Below, piece after piece: positions 8,158 through 17,506 of a DNA stretch of 40,056 bases. The notes under the pieces were generated by a model, which was not told the DNA's origin, did no database searches, and saw only the letters and a program-made list of their open reading frames with translations. The DNA is taken from positions 1 to 40,056 of the forward strand of contig JAITQK010000066.1 of the NCBI GenBank assembly GCA_031288975.1, read 5' to 3'. Position numbers and translations under genes: made by a program. The stretch comes from Treponema sp. Lineage in GTDB: Bacteria > Spirochaetota > Spirochaetia > Treponematales > Breznakiellaceae. The stretch's first letter is position 1. Every line of letters begins with the position of its first letter.

Positions 8158-10037
8158 GATTTCTTCACCAGTACCATGAGGAGGGCGATGTCCCCCTGGC
8201 GTACCCCTGGTATCCGGGCGGCCTGTCCCACGGTGAGGGGTTTGACCACCTGGAGCTTTTCCTTCGCCTCTGCTGAAAGGCCGGCGATGGCCCCATAGTC
8301 CAGAGCAGGGTCCAGCTTGACCGCATCCATCTTGGCGGTTCTGAGGGCTGCCCGCTGTTCCTTTTCAATGTACCCTGCGTACTTCACATCCAGCACTGCC
8401 CGCTCAAACCACTCCCTCGGGTACGCCCCTAATTCCGGGGCATAGGGGAAGATGTCCTCCACTCGTACTGTGGAATCCGTCAGGGTATGCTCCAGAGTAT
8501 CCCCTGTGTGGGGACCGAGGGCCGCTGCCGCCCTGGTCCGTTCCTGTTCTAGTCTGCCCGGAACCTTCCGGGTGCGGAGGAGTTCGACAATTCCCTCCAG
8601 GGTCTGGGTCTTCTTCTGAAACCGTTCCCAGCGCTGCTCATCCACAAGCCCCAGCGCCCGGGCCTTGGGACTGAGCCGGGTATCTGCCGTGTCATGGCGC
8701 AGCACCAGGCGGTGTTCAGCCCGGCTCGTGAACATCCGGTAGGGTTCCTTGGTTCCCAGGGTGGTGAGGTCATCCACCAGCACCCCGATGTACGCCTCGG
8801 CCCGGCCCAGGATCAGGGGCGGATCCCCTCGCAGCAGCAGGGCCGCGTTGATCCCCGCCATGATGCCCTGGGCTGCCGCTTCCTCATAGCCAGAACTGCC
8901 GTTGGTCTGGCCTGCCACAAACAGTCCGGCAAGGCGTTTGGATTCCAAGGTGGGGTAGAGGTCCAGGGGGTCCAGGTAATCGTACTCCACCGCGTAAGCA
9001 GGCCGCACGATCCGGGCCTTTTCCAGACCTGGTATACTGTGGATGAAATCCTCTTGCACATCTTCAGGCAGGGAACTGGAGGCCCCGTTGAGGTACATTT
9101 CATTGGTGGCGCATCCTTCAGGCTCGATGAAGAGGTGGTGATGGTCCCGTTCAGGGAATCGGACCACCTTATCCTCGATAGACGGACAGTACCGAGGCCC
9201 AACGCCCACGATTTTTCCGCCGTACAGGGGAGAGCGGTGGATATTTGCCCTGATGATTTCGTGGGTCTTGGGGGTGGTGCAGGTGATCCAGCAGGGAACC
9301 GAGGGGCGCTCCAGGGAGCTGTTCCGCTCCGGGGCGCCTTGGGGTTCCACGTCAAAGGAAAAGGGGACCGGAGCTTCCCCATCCTGCCGTTCCAGTTGGG
9401 AGTAATCAATAGAATCCCCGGCGATTCGGGCAGGGGTGCCGGTCTTGAGCCGTCCCACCGGGAAGCCCCGTGCTCTGAGGCGCGTTCCCAGCCCCAGAGC
9501 GGCCGTTTCTCCCAGCCGTCCCTGGGGAGCATCGTACTCACCGATGAAGACCTTCCCCTCCATGAACGTGCCGGTAGCCAGAATCACCGTTCGGGCGGCT
9601 ATACGGTGTCCCCGTTCGGTAAGGACCCCCAGAACCTGTCCTCCATCCTGATCCCCGGACACCATGAGGTCAACCACCGTATCCATGAACAGCGAAAGCC
9701 CTTGCTGTCCCTCCACAGCGGCACGAGCCGCTGCCTGGTAAGCCCACTTATCCGCCTGGGCACGGGGAGCCTGGACCGCAGGACCACGGGAGCGGTTGAG
9801 GACCCGGTACTGGATCATGGTCTTATCAATGAGCTTTCCCATTTCACCGCCCAGGGCATCCACTTCCCGGACCAGGTTCCCCTTGGAAAGGCCCCCCACT
9901 GCGGGATTGCAGGAGAGGGCGCCGATCCGGTCGGGGTTTTGGGTGATGAGCAGAATTCTGAAACCGAGCCGGGCAACCGCCAGGGATGCCTCGATGCCGG
10001 CATGTCCTCCGCCTACTACAATACAGTCATAATCCAT
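8154..10037 (-). CDS. mnmG: tRNA uridine-5-carboxymethylaminomethyl modification enzyme MnmG (GidA)
   Basis: '[24 protein letters not shown]' FAD-binding N-terminus and conserved '[21 protein letters not shown]'. Start trimmed to 'MDYDC...' (table ORF 10118 minus 27 codons). Confidence 0.9.
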   Translation of the reverse strand: MDYDCIVVGGGHAGIEASLAVARLGFRILLITQNPDRIGALSCNPAVGGLSKGNLVREVDALGGEMGKLIDKTMIQYRVLNRSRGPAVQAPRAQADKWAYQAAARAAVEGQQGLSLFMDTVVDLMVSGDQDGGQVLGVLTERGHRIAARTVILATGTFMEGKVFIGEYDAPQGRLGETAALGLGTRLRARGFPVGRLKTGTPARIAGDSIDYSQLERQDGEAPVPFSFDVEPQGAPERNSSLERPSVPCWITCTTPKTHEIIRANIHRSPLYGGKIVGVGPRYCPSIEDKVVRFPERDHHHLFIEPEGCATNEMYLNGASSSLPEDVQEDFIHSIPGLEKARIVRPAYAVEYDYLDPLDLYPTLESKRLAGLFVAGQTNGSSGYEEAAAQGIMAGINAALLLRGDPPLILGRAEAYIGVLVDDLTTLGTKEPYRMFTSRAEHRLVLRHDTADTRLSPKARALGLVDEQRWERFQKKTQTLEGIVELLRTRKVPGRLEQERTRAAAALGPHTGDTLEHTLTDSTVRVEDIFPYAPELGAYPREWFERAVLDVKYAGYIEKEQRAALRTAKMDAVKLDPALDYGAIAGLSAEAKEKLQVVKPLTVGQAARIPGVRQGDIALLMVLVKKS

Positions 10038-10111
10038 GCTTTCTATAATACCGCATCGTAGCATCGTTACCACAAGCCCCGTAAATTTTTTTCTATTTTT
10101 GCAAATTTTTA

Positions 10112-10159
10112 TTGACATATTGTACTAGTTCATATACATTTGTATTAGATGAATAGTAC
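10112..10159 (+). promoter_or_regulatory. Promoter TTGACA-17-TACATT with a ~38-bp near-palindrome 'gtactagTTCATaTACAtttgTATtagATGAAtagtac' overlapping the -10 and the ATG of the YtrA/GntR gene. Leaderless start and putative autoregulatory operator
   Basis: Read directly. The palindrome arms 'gtacta...tagtac', 'ttcat...atgaa' and 'ataca..tgtat' enclose the start codon at 10149. No SD sequence precedes the ATG. Confidence 0.55.
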
Positions 10160-10544
10160 AAGTGAGGAACGATGTATACGTTTTTCTCTGGACCCGGTCA
10201 ATGGGGTACCGATATACCGGCAGATAATCCAACAGATAGAATATGCCATCCTATCTGAACGGATGCAGCCTGGGGACCGGCTGCCTACTATCCGGTCTTT
10301 GGCCGTGGAGCTGAAGATCAACCCTAACACCATTGCCAAGGCATACGGTGAACTGGAAATCAGGGGCATCCTGACGACCCAGGTGGGGAGCGGCACCTAT
10401 ATTTCGGATAAAAAACCCCTGCCTGAAGAGGACGGGAGAAAGCGGAAAATACAGGAAGTTCTTGGACGCTTTATCCAGGAGCTGGAAAAGCTGGGAGTGG
10501 ATAAAACGGAGCTTATCAGCCTCATTCAGGATTATGCCGGTTGA
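10149..10544 (+). CDS. GntR-family transcriptional regulator, short YtrA subfamily
   Basis: 131 aa. 'PIYRQIIQQIEYAILSERMQPGDRLPTIRSLAVELKINPNTIAKAYGELEIRGIL' winged-HTH with a short C-terminal helical tail. Confidence 0.85.
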   Translation: MNSTSEERCIRFSLDPVNGVPIYRQIIQQIEYAILSERMQPGDRLPTIRSLAVELKINPNTIAKAYGELEIRGILTTQVGSGTYISDKKPLPEEDGRKRKIQEVLGRFIQELEKLGVDKTELISLIQDYAG

Positions 10545-11653
10545 AACGGTTTGGTTATAAGGAGCATGCTGTGGGATTTGCGAAAGAGAAACAAGACAAG
10601 AAAGGGCTGATAAAAAAACTTCGGTTTGAAAAACGGCGGCGGGATTTTACCCTTAACGCGGTGGGGATAGGCTTCCTGGTTATTGGTATCCTCTTTGTCT
10701 TGGCGGTTTTATTTCTGAGGGGCGCTATGCCTTCCCTCATGGAATTAGGGCTTCTGGGAGGGGTTCCCTTGGGGGTCATAGTCATGATGCTGTTCTTTCC
10801 CCGATGGAGCGCAGGAATAAAAATGTATCTGTTGGTTCTGTGTATCGCGGGATTTGTAGGGCTTCCCCAATTCGGTTTAACCATCCTCTTTGCTTCCCTG
10901 GCAGTAATCATCGCCCCGTCAATACAAAAGTTGGACGAGTGGGAACGGGCCATTGTGCTGCGCTTTGGCCGGTTCAAGACTGTCCGGGGGCCAGGTCTCT
11001 TCACCCTCATTCCCCTGATGGACCGGGTTGCCAAGACCGTGGACATCCGTATTCGGGTCACGGATTTTTCCGCCCAGGAAACCCTCACCCTGGATTCGGT
11101 AACCGTTACGGTGGATGCATTCTGTTTCTGGCTGGTTTGGGACCCGCAAAAAGCGGTGCTGGAAGTGGAGGACTATCAGGAGGCGGTGGTTTTGGCATCC
11201 AAGGCAGCTCTGCGGAACGCGGTGAGCAGTAATACTCTTTCCACCTTCCTTGAGCATGGCGACATTATCGAAAACCAGATACAAGCTGAGGTTGACAAGC
11301 AGACCACCGAGTGGGGCATCACGGTTCAATACATCGAGATTACCGATATCCAAATCCCAGAAGCCTTGCAAGATTCCCTGTCCCGGCTTGCCCAGGCGGA
11401 ACGGGAAAAGAAGGGCCGCATTCTCCTGGCAGAAGCGGAGGTCGAGATTGCCCGGAAACTGGAAGAGGCGGTGCAGATTTACGCCAAAACCGAACCGGCA
11501 ATGAAGCTGAAGATTCTTTCCATATTAAACGAGGGTCTCAAGGCGGGGAACTCCATGATGCTGGTCCCCAATTCCATCACCGAGGAACTCAAGGCCGGGG
11601 GGATTTTCGGCTTAGAAGCACTGAATGAGGTGAAGAAAGGTACTAGGGAATAG
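10541..11653 (+). CDS. SPFH/band-7 (stomatin/HflK-like) protein with an extra N-terminal multi-TM region
   Basis: 'ERAIVLRFGRFKTVRGPGLFTLIPLMD...VDIRIRVTDF' SPFH core and a coiled-coil 'AQAEREKKGRILLAEAEVEIARKLEEA'. Three to four hydrophobic segments lie N-terminal. ATGA overlap with the GntR stop. Confidence 0.8.
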   Translation: MKRFGYKEHAVGFAKEKQDKKGLIKKLRFEKRRRDFTLNAVGIGFLVIGILFVLAVLFLRGAMPSLMELGLLGGVPLGVIVMMLFFPRWSAGIKMYLLVLCIAGFVGLPQFGLTILFASLAVIIAPSIQKLDEWERAIVLRFGRFKTVRGPGLFTLIPLMDRVAKTVDIRIRVTDFSAQETLTLDSVTVTVDAFCFWLVWDPQKAVLEVEDYQEAVVLASKAALRNAVSSNTLSTFLEHGDIIENQIQAEVDKQTTEWGITVQYIEITDIQIPEALQDSLSRLAQAEREKKGRILLAEAEVEIARKLEEAVQIYAKTEPAMKLKILSILNEGLKAGNSMMLVPNSITEELKAGGIFGLEALNEVKKGTRE

Positions 11654-11698
11654 TTGGAAGAAAAAAGGAAAAAAAAAGGAAAAAAATGGAGGTTTTGT

Positions 11699-12382
11699 AT
11701 GACCGTAGTAAAAGCGGTTAATGTGGTTAAGGATTATTCCTTAAACGGGATCGAGGTACATGCCCTGCGAGGGGTGAACCTCTCATTCGAGGGCGGGGAG
11801 TTTACCGCCATTGCCGGGCCGTCGGGAAGCGGCAAGTCAACCTTCCTGCACCTGACCGGGTGTTTGGATACCATCACTGCCGGGGAGATCAGCATCGCCG
11901 GTTCCAATACCGCGGCACTGTCGAAAAAGCAGCTCGCCCTTCTGCGGCGGAATAGCATCGGCTTCATCTTTCAGGCTTATAACCTTATCCCAGTGCTTTC
12001 CTGCCTCGAAAACGTGTCCTTCCCCCTCACCCTCCTGGGGGTGAACAAACGAGAGGCCCGGGAACGTTCCCTGGAGGCCTTGCAGGATGTGGGACTGGTA
12101 GGTATGGAGAACCGCAGACCCAAGGAGATGTCCGGTGGCCAGCAGCAACGGGTGGCCATTGCCCGTGCGCTGGTGAAGCAGCCCGCCCTGATCCTCGCAG
12201 ACGAGCCAACGGCGAATCTGGATTCAAAAACCGGGAAGGAAATCCTCGAACTCATGGTTAAGCTCAACAAAAGTGTGGGGACCACCTTCATCTTCTCAAC
12301 CCACGACGACATGGTCATGGACTATGCCCGCAGGATCATCATGCTCCGGGACGGGCAGATTGAAAAGGAAACGGTAAAATAA
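11699..12382 (+). CDS. ABC transporter ATP-binding protein (MacB/LolD-like)
   Basis: Walker A 'GPSGSGKST', signature 'LSGGQQQRVAIARAL', Walker B 'ILADEPTANLD'. Start trimmed to the ATG at 11699 (GGAGG RBS). Confidence 0.9.
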   Translation: MTVVKAVNVVKDYSLNGIEVHALRGVNLSFEGGEFTAIAGPSGSGKSTFLHLTGCLDTITAGEISIAGSNTAALSKKQLALLRRNSIGFIFQAYNLIPVLSCLENVSFPLTLLGVNKREARERSLEALQDVGLVGMENRRPKEMSGGQQQRVAIARALVKQPALILADEPTANLDSKTGKEILELMVKLNKSVGTTFIFSTHDDMVMDYARRIIMLRDGQIEKETVK

Positions 12383-14130
12383 TGGCAAACTTCGATATAA
12401 ATAATGCGGTTGAACTGAAACGCATCGCCTTCAGGAACCTGGCTCGGCACAAGGTGAAAACCATCCTGACCGTGCTGGGGATCATGATCAGCGTTACCCT
12501 GTACATCTTCATGGACGGCTGGATCACCGGGGCCAGCGCTGAATCCCGGCGGAACATCGTCAACTACGAGCAAGGGGCGGCAAAACTCCAGACCAAACGG
12601 TACTTCGAGAAGAAGGACGAGTTACCCATGTACGAGAATTTCGATAATTGGGAATCCTACGCCGCGGTGCTGGACAAAGCAGGCTATGACAGCGCCCCTC
12701 GCTTCGTTTTTTCCGGGACCCTCTATTCGATGACCGGTTCGGCACCCATCATGTTCAACGGCGTGGACCCTGCATCGGAAAGCCGGCTCCTCCGGTACAC
12801 GCCGTACTTGGAATCAGGCCGGTACATCCGGGATGGCACCTTTGAGCTTGCCCTGGGAGCCATGGTAGCGGAGAAGCTCAAGGTCGGCATCCCCCAGCGC
12901 CTCACCTGGAGGGAACTGGAACAGGACATTCTCCCACTGGCCCCTCTTCAAAACGACCAGGACTTCATCCGCTCCCTCTATGAGCCGGTGGAGAAGAAGA
13001 AAAGCGGGTTTATGAATCCCATGACCGAAGAGGCAATAGCGGCCCAGGAAGACCGGCTGATCCTTAAAAAAGAGATACCCCCAGCGGAGCTTGCCCGGTA
13101 CTGGGACCTCCTGGACGCCACAGGCCGCAACGATGTGCGGCTCTCTACGGTGATCGACATAAAGGCCGCCCCCGATGCGGTAAGCAAGACCAAATTCGAG
13201 GTGGATCTCGCTCCATTCCTGGACGCTTCTGAGCTGGCCCTCTTTAACCAAGCCTACGAATACGACGAACTCACCGAAGCCTACTACCTGGCCTCGGATG
13301 ATCCGGTCCTCTCGAATCAAATCCTCAGCGCCATGGTGCGGGTGGATTATGCTGGGGCAATCCGCCACGTGAATCAGCTTATGAGCGCCGTAGTGGTAGG
13401 GGTGATCAATTCCCCGGATCCGATGACCAACGCCAATATCGCCTATATGCCCCTGGATGTGCTTCAGGATGAGGCGGGACTTATGCTGGAGGGCCATGTT
13501 ACGGAACTGCTGATCCGCCAAAAGAACGCCTCCGACGCGGAACTTCCCGGCAAAAACGAAGGGGCCCCACGTATCCAGGCTGCCCTGGAATCGGGACTTG
13601 CGGAACAGGGAGCAGCCCTGCCGGAAGATCTGGCGGTCTTTTTCTGGTTGGACTACATAGCGGACTACCTTGGGTATGAAAACACGGAAAACATGAGCAG
13701 CCGGATCATGGCGCTCCTGCTTTTCATCCTGGCTTTCATGGGAATTGCCAACACCATGCTCCTGGCGATTCTGGAGCGGACCAAGGAAATCGGCATGATG
13801 CGGGCCATGGGCATGACCGACGGGCAGTTGATCGTTACCTACATGGTGGAAGCGGGCTTTGTGGGGCTTATCGGTTCCCTTTTGGGTATCTTCGCCGGCT
13901 GCTGTATCAACTTCCCCATGGTGAAGTACGGCATGGACTTCTCAGCCATGGCGGAACAGATGGGGGGGAACATCGGCTACCGGGTTACCTCCCAGATGCG
14001 CTCCATGTGGAACCTGCCGGTGATCATCGGTTCCGGCGTGGTGGCAACCCTCCTGGCCTCCCTTATGGCGATTTTCCCGACCCGTAGGGCGGTTAAGATG
14101 CCGGTTACGGAAAGCCTGCGGTTTGAGTGA
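12382..14130 (+). CDS. ABC transporter permease, FtsX/MacB-like, with a large periplasmic domain
   Basis: N-terminal 'AFRNLARHKVKTILTVLGIMISVTL' TM1, a periplasmic insert of about 380 aa, then a C-terminal FtsX 4-TM bundle 'ILERTKEIGMMRAMGMTDGQL'. Confidence 0.8.
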   Translation: MANFDINNAVELKRIAFRNLARHKVKTILTVLGIMISVTLYIFMDGWITGASAESRRNIVNYEQGAAKLQTKRYFEKKDELPMYENFDNWESYAAVLDKAGYDSAPRFVFSGTLYSMTGSAPIMFNGVDPASESRLLRYTPYLESGRYIRDGTFELALGAMVAEKLKVGIPQRLTWRELEQDILPLAPLQNDQDFIRSLYEPVEKKKSGFMNPMTEEAIAAQEDRLILKKEIPPAELARYWDLLDATGRNDVRLSTVIDIKAAPDAVSKTKFEVDLAPFLDASELALFNQAYEYDELTEAYYLASDDPVLSNQILSAMVRVDYAGAIRHVNQLMSAVVVGVINSPDPMTNANIAYMPLDVLQDEAGLMLEGHVTELLIRQKNASDAELPGKNEGAPRIQAALESGLAEQGAALPEDLAVFFWLDYIADYLGYENTENMSSRIMALLLFILAFMGIANTMLLAILERTKEIGMMRAMGMTDGQLIVTYMVEAGFVGLIGSLLGIFAGCCINFPMVKYGMDFSAMAEQMGGNIGYRVTSQMRSMWNLPVIIGSGVVATLLASLMAIFPTRRAVKMPVTESLRFE

Positions 14131-14157
14131 GGAGTGAAAGGAATGAGGAGTGCACAG

Positions 14158-14844
14158 ATGGATTTTACGGATAAATACGCACTTAGGCGGGAGCAGAGTT
14201 TATTTCTGGCTAAGAAGAAATGGGACGAGAACATTTATTGCGGGATGCGGATGGAAAACAGGAATGTTACTTTTCCTGACACCCAGACCATCCTCTCTGG
14301 CGTGAATGTAGGACATATTTCACTGGATGACATACAGGCAATCCTCAATATGCGGGATGCGTGGAAGTATCTGTTGAATACCATTGATGAGGACCTGTCT
14401 CTGGGGTATCTGTGTACCCTGAATGGGTATGTTTCCCGTAACGAGTCCCTTGCCTGGGGGGTGCTGCGCAGCGGCGCAGTAGGTATCGGCGGCGTTAACT
14501 ACCAGCCCCCCATTCCTGATGGGGAAGGGGCGGCCCGGGAACTTGGACTCATACTGACTCAGGAGGGAATGGCCACGGAAAAGGCCCTGGACCTCTTCCT
14601 CTGGGGAACCAGGAGCCAATTGTTCTGGGATGGTAACAAGCGTACCAGCCTGCTGGGGGCGAACAAAATCTTGGTAGCCTCTGGCTGCGGTATGCTGACC
14701 ATTGCCGAGAGGAACATTGCGGCGTTTAACCGGCTTTTATCGGCCTATTACGAATCCGGCGATGGGCAAGAACTCAAGGGATTTCTCTATGAGAAGACCA
14801 TTACAGGAATCGAATTCCCGCATAAGGCGCTCAGTGAGCAATGA
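14158..14844 (+). CDS. Fic/Doc-family-like protein with a degenerate active-site motif ('QLFWDGNKRTS' in place of HPFx[D/E]GNGR)
   Basis: 'LFWDGNKRTSLLGANKIL' resembles the Fic core motif, but the catalytic His is Gln and the second Gly is Lys. GAGGAG RBS 7 nt before the ATG at 14158. The family call is tentative. Confidence 0.4.
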   Translation: MDFTDKYALRREQSLFLAKKKWDENIYCGMRMENRNVTFPDTQTILSGVNVGHISLDDIQAILNMRDAWKYLLNTIDEDLSLGYLCTLNGYVSRNESLAWGVLRSGAVGIGGVNYQPPIPDGEGAARELGLILTQEGMATEKALDLFLWGTRSQLFWDGNKRTSLLGANKILVASGCGMLTIAERNIAAFNRLLSAYYESGDGQELKGFLYEKTITGIEFPHKALSEQ

Positions 14845-14855
14845 AAGGAGTACCT

Positions 14856-16130
14856 ATGGTTTACGAAGTAAGAAAACGAGGTGGTTTTGGGACCCTGATG
14901 ACGATTGCCTTCAGGAATATCGGGCGTAACATCAGACGGACCATTTTCTGTGTGGTGGCGGTTGCCTTCGCCGTGTTCTTCAGCATCTTCATGCAGTCCT
15001 GGCTTGCGGGGATGACCGACAATATCGCCAGAGTGGTGCAGGTGTTTGATGTGGGACACGTCAACGCGGTTTCATCAGGATACGAGGCGGAAAAGGAATA
15101 CTACCCCGTTCAGTATCCTGTGGGGGAAGGCCGGAGCCGCTCTGCATTAACCGGGGAGATCAAAGCCATTCCCGGGGTAAAGGCGGTGTTTCCCCGGATA
15201 AGCGCCTACGCCACCTTGCAGGAAAGTACCCTCAAACACGCCATCCTCTGGGGGCTTGAGGTTGAAGAAGAAATGAAGGTCAACCACTTCAACGTATCCG
15301 AGCGCAGTAACGGACTCAAAGAAGGCCGCTACCCTCGGGAGGGCAGCAATGAATGTGCCATTGGCCTGGCTATGGCAAACAAAGTGGGCTTCAAAATCGG
15401 AGACCGGATCCCCTTAAAAACGGTTTCCGCCCAGTTTTCCGATAAGATGTGGAGCCCTGAAATAGTCGGCTTCTTTGAGTTCGATTACCTGAAATACGAC
15501 GAGGACGTCATTGTGGTGCCCTTTGACCGGCTCCAGCGGCTCCTCGTGCTGGGGGACGGAACTCAGCAACTCTTTATCTTTGCCCAGGACAACACCAAAA
15601 GCAAGGCCATTGCCAAAGAGGTGCAAAAGCTCCTCGGTGAGGGGAATGTGGTACGGGAATGGCAGGACAATTACTGGGTCGCTATCATGCAGCAAAGTCA
15701 GGCTATCTATGTGGTGGTGTACCTGGTCTTTATGATTGTGGCGAGTTTTCTCATTGTGAACACCGTGGTGATGATCATCCACGAGCGGATCAAGGAAATC
15801 GGCATGATGGGTTCCCTGGGTATGACCCGCCGTGAAATCGTGGAGGTCTTCTTCTTCGAGGCCCTCTTCCTAAGCATCATCGGGTCTTTGACCGGAGTCT
15901 TTGTAGGCGGTGTTTTAACCGGCATACTCCAGTTCTTCCCCATGGATTTTGGTTCCATCTACGGCAGTACCTTTAAGGAATTCCCCATGTCAGGAACGCT
16001 GTTCACCCAGTTCTCGGTGAAGGCGCTTCTGCAGGGCTTTATCCTGGGGGTGGTGATCGCGTCGGTCTGTACCCTGATTCCCTCGCTCAAGAGCGCCTTT
16101 GTCGAACCGGTAGAAGCGCTGCGGAGATAG
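14856..16130 (+). CDS. Second ABC transporter permease, FtsX/MacB-like
   Basis: 'IAFRNIGRNIRRTIFCVVAVAFAV' TM1, a periplasmic domain, and a C-terminal 'IHERIKEIGMMGSLGMTRREI' FtsX motif. AAAGGAG RBS. Confidence 0.8.
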   Translation: MVYEVRKRGGFGTLMTIAFRNIGRNIRRTIFCVVAVAFAVFFSIFMQSWLAGMTDNIARVVQVFDVGHVNAVSSGYEAEKEYYPVQYPVGEGRSRSALTGEIKAIPGVKAVFPRISAYATLQESTLKHAILWGLEVEEEMKVNHFNVSERSNGLKEGRYPREGSNECAIGLAMANKVGFKIGDRIPLKTVSAQFSDKMWSPEIVGFFEFDYLKYDEDVIVVPFDRLQRLLVLGDGTQQLFIFAQDNTKSKAIAKEVQKLLGEGNVVREWQDNYWVAIMQQSQAIYVVVYLVFMIVASFLIVNTVVMIIHERIKEIGMMGSLGMTRREIVEVFFFEALFLSIIGSLTGVFVGGVLTGILQFFPMDFGSIYGSTFKEFPMSGTLFTQFSVKALLQGFILGVVIASVCTLIPSLKSAFVEPVEALRR

Positions 16131-16141
16131 TGAGGAACTAT

Positions 16142-16435
16142 ATGGAACCACGTTTTATCAATACTAAATTGACGGCCCTCTTCTTTCGGGAAGATGAGGA
16201 TACCATTATCGCATCATGTCCTACGCTGGACATCGCTACCTGTGGAAGCACCCTGGAAGAGGCCCGCAAAAACTTTACGGAGATGGTTGAGCTGTTTCTG
16301 GAGGAAGCCCACCGCATGGGAACCCTGGAACAAGTTCTCGCCGAGTGCGGTTGGAAGAAAGTAAAGGACCAGTACATCCAGCCAACCCTTATTGCCACCG
16401 GGATGGAGGATATCAGAATTCCATGCAGCCCTTAA
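16142..16435 (+). CDS. hicB: Type II toxin-antitoxin system HicB-family antitoxin
   Basis: 'FFREDEDTIIASCPTLDIATCGSTLEEARKNFTEMVELFLEE' matches the HicB N-terminal (partial RNase H-like) domain pattern. GAGGA RBS. Overlaps the hicA start by 13 nt. Confidence 0.6.
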   Translation: MEPRFINTKLTALFFREDEDTIIASCPTLDIATCGSTLEEARKNFTEMVELFLEEAHRMGTLEQVLAECGWKKVKDQYIQPTLIATGMEDIRIPCSP

Positions 16436-16653
16436 AGCCGGTTCCCTTCACCACCTTTGAGAAGTTTTTGACTTACGCAGGCTGTGTATTGGTGCGGCAG
16501 AAGGGAAGTCATCGTTCTTATCAGCGGCCGGGTTTAATCCGCCCGATCATTGTTCCTTACCGGAACGAGATTCCGGTCTACATCATTAAAAATACGTTGC
16601 GTAATCTGGGAATGGATACTGATACGTTTCGGGCCATTCTTGGGCAGCTATAA
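16423..16653 (+). CDS. hicA: Type II toxin-antitoxin system HicA-family toxin (mRNA interferase)
   Basis: 'FEKFLTYAGCVLVRQKGSHRSYQRPGLIRPIIVPYRNEIPVYIIKNTLRNLGM' matches the HicA dsRBD-like pattern (GxxxxxxKGSHxxY...PxH). Confidence 0.7.
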   Translation: MQPLKPVPFTTFEKFLTYAGCVLVRQKGSHRSYQRPGLIRPIIVPYRNEIPVYIIKNTLRNLGMDTDTFRAILGQL

Positions 16654-16673
16654 ATGATACTTTGGAGGTTTTT

Positions 16674-17426
16674 ATGAAAACGACCGTATGTATGGTTACA
16701 TGGTTATTGACGGTATCGGCCTTGGTTATGCCGGTATATGCACAGATGCCCTCGGCACTGGAACTGTTGCAGCGGGTGGACAACAACGAGGTCTACGACA
16801 CCATTGAGTACGAAGGGGAGATGATCATCGATTATCAGAACCGGCGCTATGTGAAGACCATGAAGGCTTATGCGCGAAGCAATAACGATAGCTTCATCGA
16901 ATTTCTCAATCCCGAAGACCGGGGAACCAAGTACCTCAAGCAAAAGGGCCGCCTGTACGTGTATTCCCCGGACACCGAAGAGGTGATGCTCATCTCCGGG
17001 CACATGCTCAAGGAATCCATGATGGGGTCAGACCTCTCCTACGAGGATACCATTGACAACGAGAAGCTGTCGGTCCGCTATGCCCCGGTACTTGCCGGTT
17101 CCGAGACCTACAACGGCAGACCGGCCTGGGTACTGTATCTCACCGCCAAGAACCTTAAGCGGGAAAGCTATCCCAAGCAGAAGCTTTGGATCGACCAGGA
17201 AAACGGCGATATGCTCCATTCCGAGCTGTTCGCCCTTTCAGGGTCCAAGCTCAAGGAATCTACCCTCATTCGGGTTGAAACCATAGGGGGACGCCGGTTC
17301 CCTGTGGAATTGGAAATGCGGGACCTCCTGCGGCGGGGAAGCAAGACCACCTTTGTGATGCGTAATGTGGTTCTGGACAAGCCCATCCCGGATTCGGTGT
17401 TTAGTCAGCGGAACCTGGGACGGTGA
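16674..17426 (+). CDS. LolA-like outer-membrane lipoprotein-sorting (carrier) protein family
   Basis: Signal peptide 'MKTTVCMVTWLLTVSALVMPVYA', size about 250 aa, and a 'YSPDTEEVMLISGHMLKESMMGSDLSYEDT' region typical of LolA_like/DUF1571-type proteins found beside FtsX transporters. GGAGG RBS. Confidence 0.6.
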   Translation: MKTTVCMVTWLLTVSALVMPVYAQMPSALELLQRVDNNEVYDTIEYEGEMIIDYQNRRYVKTMKAYARSNNDSFIEFLNPEDRGTKYLKQKGRLYVYSPDTEEVMLISGHMLKESMMGSDLSYEDTIDNEKLSVRYAPVLAGSETYNGRPAWVLYLTAKNLKRESYPKQKLWIDQENGDMLHSELFALSGSKLKESTLIRVETIGGRRFPVELEMRDLLRRGSKTTFVMRNVVLDKPIPDSVFSQRNLGR

Positions 17427-17506
17427 AGTTCGGTAAATAGTTAATAGTGAGTAGGTGATAGCACATCACTCCTGTTCACTATTCTCTATAATAAGGGAGA
17501 AATGGA

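Noticed and set aside
8694-10061. 455-aa ORF on the plus strand
   Set aside because: It is entirely antisense to the well-supported mnmG gene, a typical high-GC shadow ORF with no recognisable motifs.
12814-13521. 235-aa minus-strand ORF, and the similar antisense ORFs 20242..20958 and 21202..22095
   Set aside because: Shadow ORFs opposite the FtsX permease and MCP genes, with no motifs or RBS.
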